A stretch of 64,000 nt of DNA from an uncultured Nitrosopumilales archaeon (GTDB lineage: Archaea > Thermoproteota > Nitrososphaeria > Nitrososphaerales > UBA213), in assembly GCA_964373125.1 (NCBI GenBank), contig CAYJSN010000001.1, positions 34,130 to 98,129 on the forward strand. The letters are read 5' to 3'. The translations under genes and the position numbers were made by a program. Below the pieces are notes generated by a model. The model saw nothing but the letters and a program-made list of their open reading frames with translations, did not search any database and was not told where the DNA came from. How positions within the stretch are numbered: the stretch's first letter is position 1; each line of letters begins with the position of its first letter. Shown here piece by piece: positions 27,699 through 34,542 of this stretch.

Positions 27699-28626
27699 GA
27701 CCACGGGCGGTAGGCTGGGCAAGGGTATAGCCGTAATAGTGATTATCATGGCGATAGGCGCCGGCATAAACATAGCATTCTCCGACTATATGCACAAGTT
27801 CCCGCCGGCAAACCAGCTCAAGGTCCAGGAGGTAAAGGGACCGGGAGTAGTCGCTACCGGCGTTAAGCACGTGTTCGACCTGCACTTCGTGGAAAGCGCT
27901 GATTTGCGAACACTTGGTTTCAACGCGCCGGCGGGCGAACCCAACTCGAATCCCGAGTTCAAGGTGAAGGCGGGCGACGAGCTTACGTTCAATATTATCC
28001 ACGATGGCAAGATGCCCCATGCGTTTGGCGTGGTCAGCGACCCCAGCGACCCGAACAGCATAGTCTTCAGTGCCGCCATCGGCTCTGCAAATAACCCGCA
28101 GCTCAAGGGCACCACAAAGCAGATAACCTTCATAGCGGACAAGCCCGGCACCTACTTCTACATATGCACCGTTCCTGGCCATGCTGATCTTGGGATGAAG
28201 GGCACGCTCATAGTCGAGGCGGCCGAGGCTGCACCGGGCGGAGGCGCACCGGCCAAGCCCACGGGGATGTCCCACACCCTCGACTTGGCGTTCACCGAGA
28301 CCGCTGACCTGAAGACGCTCGGTTTCAACGCGCCCAAGGGCGAGCCCAACGCCAACCCGGCGATCAAGGTGAAGGCAGGCGACTCGGTCACCATCAACGT
28401 CGTTAACAACGGCAAGATGCCCCATGCTTTCGGGGTGGTGACAAACCCCGACGACCCGCTCTCGGCCGTCTTCAATTCTAAGATCAAGTCCCCGGACAAC
28501 CCGATACTGAAGGGACAGACCGGCTCCGTGACGTTCATAGCCGACAGGCCCGGGCACTACTTCTACATCTGCACCGTGCCTGGGCACGCCGCGCAGGGAA
28601 TGCAGGGCGACCTGATCGTAGAGTAA
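27655..28626 (+). CDS. Membrane-anchored tandem (two-domain) plastocyanin-like blue copper protein
   Basis: One N-terminal TM, then two ~115-aa repeats, each with type-1 Cu ligands (MPHAFG ... YICTVPGHA..GM). GTG start overlaps the coxA end by 44 nt. Confidence 0.85.
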   Translation: MSNTTTTEEKSHITRTTGGRLGKGIAVIVIIMAIGAGINIAFSDYMHKFPPANQLKVQEVKGPGVVATGVKHVFDLHFVESADLRTLGFNAPAGEPNSNPEFKVKAGDELTFNIIHDGKMPHAFGVVSDPSDPNSIVFSAAIGSANNPQLKGTTKQITFIADKPGTYFYICTVPGHADLGMKGTLIVEAAEAAPGGGAPAKPTGMSHTLDLAFTETADLKTLGFNAPKGEPNANPAIKVKAGDSVTINVVNNGKMPHAFGVVTNPDDPLSAVFNSKIKSPDNPILKGQTGSVTFIADRPGHYFYICTVPGHAAQGMQGDLIVE

Positions 28627-28628
28627 CG

Positions 28629-29081
28629 ATGATCCTGAAGTACGTGTCACTGGTAGCGCTGGCCTCTGTCTACTCCGTGATCTTCATCGGCGGCTACGTC
28701 AGCGCGAGCGGCCTTGGCCTTTCGTGCGCGGACTGGCCACTCTGCAACGGCCAAGTGCTGCCCGGGCCCGACTACGTGATCGAGTGGGTGCACCGGTTCA
28801 TAGCGGCAATGACAGGCGCGCTTGTAATATCAACCGCTGTCCTTGCGTGGAGGCGGGGTCAAACCGGGACAAGGATCAGGCTGACATCGGCGCTGGCCGC
28901 GATATTTGTAATGACGCAGATAACGCTGGGCGTCATTGTGATCGAGGCCCAGCTGCACGCGCTGCTGGTCGCGATACACCTTGGCATCGGGGTGCTTCTC
29001 TTCACATCGGCGCTGCTGACGGCACTCTTTGCGCACAGGATAGCGAAGCAGGCAGAGCTAGAGACCCGGCGAAGGTTCTGA
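28629..29081 (+). CDS. ctaA: Compact (half-size, ~4 TM) heme A synthase CtaA/COX15-like protein
   Basis: SCADWPLCNG and EWVHRFIA motifs; 150 aa only. Confidence 0.65.
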   Translation: MILKYVSLVALASVYSVIFIGGYVSASGLGLSCADWPLCNGQVLPGPDYVIEWVHRFIAAMTGALVISTAVLAWRRGQTGTRIRLTSALAAIFVMTQITLGVIVIEAQLHALLVAIHLGIGVLLFTSALLTALFAHRIAKQAELETRRRF

Positions 29082-29603
29082 TCTGCGATTTATCTTCTTG
29101 GCCTGCCTGCGCCTGATGAGGATGACGCCGATTATCGTGGGAGGCATGAGTGCTCCTATAACGACCATCGCGAAAAAGATGTAGCCGAAGGTCTGGATTA
29201 TTCCCACGTTAAACTTGCTCGAGATCTCTTTTCCCAGCGGGTTGATGATTGTGACCTGCACTATGTAGAGCCCTGATTCGGGGAATGCGTATTCCAGCTC
29301 AAAGTGGCCGTTGGGATGTATCCCTGGCTCTACCCCGCGGATAAGGACATCGTCCTTGAATATCTTTAGCCCGGCCCTGACATCGACAAGGTCGTTCCCA
29401 TCGTAGTCGGTTATGGCAACCAGCAGGCGGCTGGGGCTGCCGGGGCCGGGTATCTCCGGGTCTGTGGCAATCGCGATCTTGTAGCCAGCGATCTTCTCCT
29501 CCTCGGAGTTGAAGAGCTGGTGCGCCTCCGCCTGCGGGATAAGGATAGTTGCGACCAGCAGCGCGAATGCCAGACCTGCCTGCGTGCAGTTTGTCAGGCC
29601 CAC
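29058..29603 (-). CDS. Exported beta-rich protein with C-terminal TM anchor and predicted N-terminal His after signal cleavage
   Basis: Signal ..LIPQAEA|HQLF, a ~120-aa beta domain, then a TM + RRRQAKK tail. Confidence 0.5.
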   Translation of the reverse strand: MGLTNCTQAGLAFALLVATILIPQAEAHQLFNSEEEKIAGYKIAIATDPEIPGPGSPSRLLVAITDYDGNDLVDVRAGLKIFKDDVLIRGVEPGIHPNGHFELEYAFPESGLYIVQVTIINPLGKEISSKFNVGIIQTFGYIFFAMVVIGALMPPTIIGVILIRRRQAKKINRRSEPSPGL

Positions 29604-29681
29604 GGCGAGTATGGTCCCAATGTCATTAATATTTTATTTCGAGCAAAACCTTTAAATCCATATGCTCTTTGATGTTAGCCA

Positions 29682-30269
29682 ATGACTCTCATAAGCAAGA
29701 GCATGGAGATCAATGCCCCTATAAGCGAGGTCTTCACGTATTTTGCGCGGCCTGAACACATGGCGGACCAGTTCCCCGAGGACATCGGCCTGAACGTCCT
29801 GCCGATCGAGGTCAAGAACGGCTTTGGCGTAGGCACGATCTTCAGGGTAAGCGGCGATTTCAACGGCAAGAAGCTGGAATGGGACTGCGAGACGGTCGAA
29901 TACATTCCGCACCGCAAGATCGTGGCGAAGCAGGTCAGGGGACCCTTCAAGAAGTGGGAGGTAACCGTGGAGTTCGAGGAGCTTGGCGTGAAGAAGAGCA
30001 AGACCGGGATAACTGTTGATTATGACATGCCGTTCGGGCTGCTCGGGAGCCTGATGGACAAAGTTAAGCTGAAAAAGTCGGCCGAGCGCGGCATAGAGAA
30101 CGGGCTGTACAGGGTGAAGGCGCTGCTCGAGGGCACGGGCTCGATACCGGTGTACATAACGCTCGAGGCCTACAGGGCGCTGCTGCGCGAGAAGGAAGAG
30201 CTAAAGTGCAGCGTATCCGAAACGATAGTGAAGATGATCAACTCGAAGACCGCGGTCGCGAAGCAGTAA
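29682..30269 (+). CDS. SRPBCC (START/polyketide-cyclase-like) protein with possible ribbon-helix-helix tail
   Basis: The start MEINAPISEVFTYFARPEHM is typical of SRPBCC. The C-terminal VYITLEAYRALLREKEE..SVSETIVKMI looks RHH-like. Confidence 0.6.
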   Translation: MTLISKSMEINAPISEVFTYFARPEHMADQFPEDIGLNVLPIEVKNGFGVGTIFRVSGDFNGKKLEWDCETVEYIPHRKIVAKQVRGPFKKWEVTVEFEELGVKKSKTGITVDYDMPFGLLGSLMDKVKLKKSAERGIENGLYRVKALLEGTGSIPVYITLEAYRALLREKEELKCSVSETIVKMINSKTAVAKQ

Positions 30270-30324
30270 CGGTTTTCTTTGATTTACTTCAAGCTTTAAA
30301 TATCGAGTGTTTTTGGTTTGCTAT

Positions 30325-30427
30325 GGGCCTGTAGCTCAGCCAGGTAGAGGAATAGATTTTCAATATTTCCGCCCAGAGCGGCTGGCTCTTAACCAGTAGG
30401 TCGTGGGTTCAAACCCCACCAGGCCCG
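30325..30427 (+). tRNA. tRNA-Lys(CUU) with a ~29-nt insertion in the 3' side of the D arm
   Basis: GGGCCTG-TA-GCTC-AGCCAGGTA-GAG[30350-30378]C-G-GCTGG-CTCTTAA-CCAGT-AGGTC-GTGGG-TTCAAAC-CCCAC-CAGGCCC-G. Anticodon at 30388-30390. Confidence 0.85.
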
Positions 30428-30429
30428 CT
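30407..30429 (+). repeat. att-like direct repeat, copy 1 (3' end of tRNA-Lys)
   Basis: gttcaaaccccaccaggcccgct matches 32072-32094 at 21 of 23 positions. Confidence 0.7.
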
Positions 30430-30663
30430 CTCACTGTGGGTTCAAATCCATCTTTAAGATTACCTTGCCGTTTGGCAATGTTCCGACAAACTTCCATCCC
30501 TGCCGAATCAACTTTTCTCAAGATAATTATAGATCGAATTGGTACAGTTAAGCAATTCCATGACCATCCAACCGGTTAGCTGACTGGTCAGATACCGGTC
30601 CGTATTTTAAAGAATTAAATAGTATACTAAGCATATACCACACATAAAACGTAGGCGATATGG

Positions 30664-30864
30664 ATGGAGTATAAACAAAACACACATGCGGAAAGGAGCG
30701 TAAAAATCAGGCTGGATTCGGAAAAAGGTCTATGGGACCTTGTGCTAGCTGCTCCAAGCACGTACCTTGGCAAAGGTATCTACGAAGTTCCGGCATCTAC
30801 ATTGGAAGTATTGGACAAGAAAGGAATATCTTATAAGCGAATTGATAACACATCCACTAGTTGA
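30664..30864 (+). CDS. Islet small ORF A (66 aa), overlaps ORF B by TTGA
   Basis: ORF in the AT-rich islet; 4-nt start/stop overlap with the next ORF. Confidence 0.35.
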   Translation: MEYKQNTHAERSVKIRLDSEKGLWDLVLAAPSTYLGKGIYEVPASTLEVLDKKGISYKRIDNTSTS

Positions 30865-31223
30865 ATAAGTTTCGAAGATATAGCATTAACATTCCTCGTT
30901 ATTACGGTGAACGGAACCACGAACTTAAGGGCCAAGCCGTTTCCGATAGTGACCTTGCTCTAACAATAAAGGAGTTAGAAGAAAAAGTCACAGGCATGAC
31001 TGGAGTATCTGGACTAAACTTCCCAATTGTCCCTAGGGAAACGGTTCCCTTTGAAGGTGTTTGGAGACACATTCGGGATATTGGTGTGATAATTTACATA
31101 GACGTACCGGTTCCCGAAAAGGAAAACATGGACAATTACCTGAGTAAATACAAAAAGACCTTAGCAGAACGATTTGGACAAATCGAGATGTATATAGTAA
31201 GTTGGGAGATCGAGGTAATTTAA
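30861..31223 (+). CDS. Islet ORF B (120 aa), hypothetical
   Basis: Translationally coupled to ORF A. No recognisable motif. Confidence 0.35.
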   Translation: MNKFRRYSINIPRYYGERNHELKGQAVSDSDLALTIKELEEKVTGMTGVSGLNFPIVPRETVPFEGVWRHIRDIGVIIYIDVPVPEKENMDNYLSKYKKTLAERFGQIEMYIVSWEIEVI

Positions 31224-31493
31224 CCAAATATTTAAGATGTTTGAAAAACAAGGAACGAACGTGACAGTTCAAAGTTATCTGCTAAACCAGATTTCTTGAT
31301 AACAAATCTTAACCAACTTATAGACTGCATAACTTAAGAATCGAACAAAATAATATCCAATTAAGAATAATACTGCAAATTTGCACGAAAACTAGAATAG
31401 TAGTGCTTCATCAAGAAGACTATAGAAACGTATGTCTGCAAGGACTATCGAGCGAATACGTTATTTAACTACCCAACGTTTAGCCTTAGTTTC

Positions 31494-31841
31494 TCATGAG
31501 ATCCTTGGGTCGTGTGCCTTTCTGATGTAAAGATCAGAGAGTTGTCTAATTTTACTAGTTGCAATAAAGCACTTTGCCACCCAAGGAACGATAGTAGCCG
31601 TACTCCAACCGCCACCTAGGTCCTTGCTTTCTATTACTGCCCATCTTTTCAAACAAATCATCAGAATAATATCTTCTAAAGTCAGGACTGAGTAATAAAA
31701 CAACCGTAGAGCCAATGCTAAAGATGTAAGACCAGCTCGCATCGCAAATGGATGCAATATTTCCTCTTCAAACTTTCTCCACAGTAAAAAGAGTATTAGA
31801 GAGCTTGGGTCGAACTCTATGGGATCAGCGGTTCGCTTCAT
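31494..31841 (-). CDS. Islet ORF C (115 aa), hypothetical; weak resemblance to a tyrosine-recombinase fragment
   Basis: RAGLTSLALALRLFYYSVLTLEDIILM loosely resembles the region around catalytic Arg I of integrases. No HxxR/Y region present. Confidence 0.3.
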   Translation of the reverse strand: MKRTADPIEFDPSSLILFLLWRKFEEEILHPFAMRAGLTSLALALRLFYYSVLTLEDIILMICLKRWAVIESKDLGGGWSTATIVPWVAKCFIATSKIRQLSDLYIRKAHDPRIS

Positions 31842-31870
31842 CAGCTTTATAAAATTTGTTTCTCAATATA

Positions 31871-31918
31871 AATAAATGCTAGGGTCTCTGTAGCCGGCCC
31901 GATGGCTTCTGCCACACC
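31871..31918 (+). repeat. ~45-nt repeat, copy 1
   Basis: aaataaa..GGGtCTcTGTAGCCGgCCCgATGGCTtCTgCCA; compare 31991-32041. Confidence 0.5.
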
Positions 31919-31990
31919 CATCATTACTCCTCCTAGTTTTCTTTGGAAAATGGTTCAGGAAGATGGAAGAAGTATGAAGTTGTTCTTTGA

Positions 31991-32041
31991 AAATAAAAAA
32001 TTAGGTAGGGGCTATGTAGCCGCCCCAATGGCTCTACCATA
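31991..32041 (+). repeat. ~45-nt repeat, copy 2
   Basis: aaataaa..GGGgCTaTGTAGCCGcCCCaATGGCTcTaCCA. Confidence 0.5.
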
Positions 32042-32071
32042 TTTTCTGAACAGTGTTTGAACCCCCTGTCA

Positions 32072-32094
32072 GTTCAGACCCCACCAAGCCCGCT
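32072..32094 (+). repeat. att-like direct repeat, copy 2 (partial tRNA-Lys 3' end)
   Basis: gttcagaccccaccaagcccgct. Confidence 0.7.
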
Positions 32095-32674
32095 AGAACC
32101 GCCCGTCGTAGTAACCTATTCCTTTCCCGACCCGCGGCGCAAAGATCGCCCCGTGGTGCGTCCTCAGGAGCTCGGCTATCCATTTCCCGCGCCTGATATC
32201 TTCGATCTCGCTGACATCGTAGGGGCAGAGCAACGCGCACCCGAGGGTATCAAACGTCTTGTGCCAGTAACGCTCCACCTCTAATTTAGCCAGGATTCCG
32301 TCCACCGTGCCCACGCTGTTAATCTTTGCCACCATCCTGAAAGGCGGTTGCACGCCTTCGGTTATCTTGTTCCAGAGTTTCTGCGCATCAGTTGTCCCAT
32401 CTCCGTCCTTCAGCGAATCTGTTATGTTGACCGTGCGCAGCATGCCGTTCTTGTTGAAGCCCATGACATCGATCCCCGAGTCCTGCATCTCATTCTCGAT
32501 GAATGCGGCATCATCGTTCGACACGTAGATGGCGCGCTCTCCCTTTACCAAGCCGTTGCCGAGAAACCTGAACTCAAGCATCCTAGCATACTCAAGCTCT
32601 TCGTAGAAGAGAACGACGTGCTTCCCGACCTTCACGGTGTCAACGAACGCAAGCGGGTTATTCTGGCTCATCAT
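32093..32674 (-). CDS. MEDS-domain protein
   Basis: GKHVVLFYEELEYARMLEFRFLGNGLVKGERAIYV matches the MEDS hallmark (H..lfY...e......f...gl..ge...yv). Confidence 0.6.
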   Translation of the reverse strand: MMSQNNPLAFVDTVKVGKHVVLFYEELEYARMLEFRFLGNGLVKGERAIYVSNDDAAFIENEMQDSGIDVMGFNKNGMLRTVNITDSLKDGDGTTDAQKLWNKITEGVQPPFRMVAKINSVGTVDGILAKLEVERYWHKTFDTLGCALLCPYDVSEIEDIRRGKWIAELLRTHHGAIFAPRVGKGIGYYDGRF

Positions 32675-33026
32675 CCCTCACGTCCTTCTTTTCTTTGACG
32701 TCGTATTTCTCTGCGTCCTTGGCCTTCAGCGCCCCGATGAGGCTGCTGTAATCACTAGACTGCGAGTAGGCGAATTTTTCCGGCTCGATCGAGAATGCCT
32801 CGGCAAGTTTCTGGTTTATCTGCCTGAATATCAGCACAGCGCCAGCGCCCAGCAACTCCGTCAGTATCTTTTCAAACGACTCGGAACCGTCCACCATCGC
32901 GTCTGGATCGCTTGCATCAAGGCTATGCACTTCTGCGATATGATACTTCAGTGCCTGCCAGACCTTCTTGCCCAGCATCTCAGCCATGACCGAGTCTACT
33001 GCATCGACGATCTTTTGAGCGTCCAA
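32658..33026 (-). CDS. Hypothetical acidic protein
   Basis: 122-aa ORF overlapping the MEDS gene start by 17 nt (same operon). Confidence 0.45.
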   Translation of the reverse strand: MDAQKIVDAVDSVMAEMLGKKVWQALKYHIAEVHSLDASDPDAMVDGSESFEKILTELLGAGAVLIFRQINQKLAEAFSIEPEKFAYSQSSDYSSLIGALKAKDAEKYDVKEKKDVRDDEPE

Positions 33027-33157
33027 TTTGGATTCACTCCCAAGTCATAACAATAAAAAGTTTTAGCGCCAGCGCCTAGAAGTTAATGATTCAGCATGTG
33101 GTTGATGAAAAACTAACACTTGGTAAGAGCTTTGCCAATTATCCTCAAGATTGTCGG

Positions 33158-33523
33158 CTAATTCGCATACTTTGTTATCATTTCCAGCAGCTTAGCTTCG
33201 GTGAACGGTTTTGATAGACAGTCCAGCACGCCCAGCTTCTTCAGGTTCTCCTTCTCCTGCTCCGTCAGGTATGAGGCTGTGAAGAACACTATCCTAGTCT
33301 GACCAAAAGCATCATCTTCCTGCATCTTCTTCACCACGTCGATCCCGCTGACCTCGGGCATCGCTATGTCCAGCAAGACTAGGTCAAATTTCTTATCACG
33401 TATCAGGTTCACGCATTCCGGGCCGCTGTTCGCCATAGTACATCTATGACCGGATGACTCGAGCATGTCCCTGACGAGCTCAGTTATGCTTTTGTCGTCA
33501 TCGACGACCAGCACGCTCTTCAT
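33158..33523 (-). CDS. Single-domain CheY-like response regulator
   Basis: VLVVDDD...DLVLLDIAMPEVSG...SKP receiver motifs. Confidence 0.9.
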   Translation of the reverse strand: MKSVLVVDDDKSITELVRDMLESSGHRCTMANSGPECVNLIRDKKFDLVLLDIAMPEVSGIDVVKKMQEDDAFGQTRIVFFTASYLTEQEKENLKKLGVLDCLSKPFTEAKLLEMITKYAN

Positions 33524-34542
33524 CAGTTCAGCCCCCCTGCGGGCAGCTCGAAGTAGAACGTAGCTCCCCTGCCCTCCTCGCTCTCCAGCCAGATCTTCCC
33601 ACCGTGCGCTTCAACGATGCCCTTGCTTATGGCCAGGCCGAGGCCGCTGCCGCCGGTGGGCCTGCGCAGACTGGTGTCGATCTGGTAGAACTTCTTGAAT
33701 AGGTTTTGTTGTTTTTCCCTCGGTATGCCGATGCCGTTGTCCCTGACGCTGAAGAGCACCGACCCGTTATCCCGCCTGGCGCCTATCTCGATCAGTCCCT
33801 TGTTCTCGGGGACGAACTTGATCGCGTTGCTCACTATGTTGTCAAGCACCTCCAGGACCCTGTTCGGGTCGCACCTGAGCCTCAGCCCGTCGCCCTGCCC
33901 TGCAATGTTTACCAGCATCACGCTCTTCTCCTTCGCGGCCGGCATCAGTGCCTTGATGCACTCCTCCACCAGCACGCCGGCAGAGGTGTCGATCATGTCC
34001 AGCTTCATCTTGCCGAGCTCCAGCTTGTTGATGTCCAGCAGGTCCTGGATCAGCTCCAGCAGGCGCGTCGAGTTATCGTATATTATCCGGATCTTCGCCT
34101 TCTGCTTCTCCGTAATTGTACCGTAGGTCCCCTTCAGCAGGAGCTCGCAGTATCCCTGCACCGGGACAAGTGGTGTCTTCAATTCATGTGTTATCATCGA
34201 GACGAACTCGTCCTTCATCTTGTCGACCTCCTGTATCCGCTCCGACTGCCGCGTTACCTTGATCGTAAAGTCCTTCAGGAGCTCGTTCTTATTCTCCAGG
34301 TCCAGGTTCTTGTGCTGGAGCTCCTCCAGCATCAGCCTGTTCTGGACGATCAGCTTGTGGCTCCTGATGAGCAAAAGTGGAACCATGCAGGCGAGCGCCG
34401 CGCCGGGAACTATCATGATCGGCTTCCACCCCAGCTGATCCTGAAAGAGGAGGGTGGCGATCAGGATCGAAGCCCCGATCGTTACGTAGGTGATGTAGTT
34501 CACCGTTACGTTGCCCAGTTCTGACTTTGACAACAGGATCAC
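33523..34542 (-). CDS. Membrane sensor histidine kinase (HisKA + HATPase_c)
   Basis: Two N-terminal TMs, H-box HELKTPL, N box NAIKF, G boxes DNGIGI and GGSGLGLAISK. Confidence 0.9.
   Translation of the reverse strand: MILLSKSELGNVTVNYITYVTIGASILIATLLFQDQLGWKPIMIVPGAALACMVPLLLIRSHKLIVQNRLMLEELQHKNLDLENKNELLKDFTIKVTRQSERIQEVDKMKDEFVSMITHELKTPLVPVQGYCELLLKGTYGTITEKQKAKIRIIYDNSTRLLELIQDLLDINKLELGKMKLDMIDTSAGVLVEECIKALMPAAKEKSVMLVNIAGQGDGLRLRCDPNRVLEVLDNIVSNAIKFVPENKGLIEIGARRDNGSVLFSVRDNGIGIPREKQQNLFKKFYQIDTSLRRPTGGSGLGLAISKGIVEAHGGKIWLESEEGRGATFYFELPAGGLN

Larger units (their letters stand above)
30428..32094. mobile_element. Degraded integrated element / islet at tRNA-Lys (AT-rich, no intact integrase)
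   Basis: Bounded by the 23-nt direct repeat. Composition is visibly AT-rich against GC-rich flanks. An extra partial T-loop copy lies at 30436-30449. Only small orphan ORFs inside. Confidence 0.5.
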
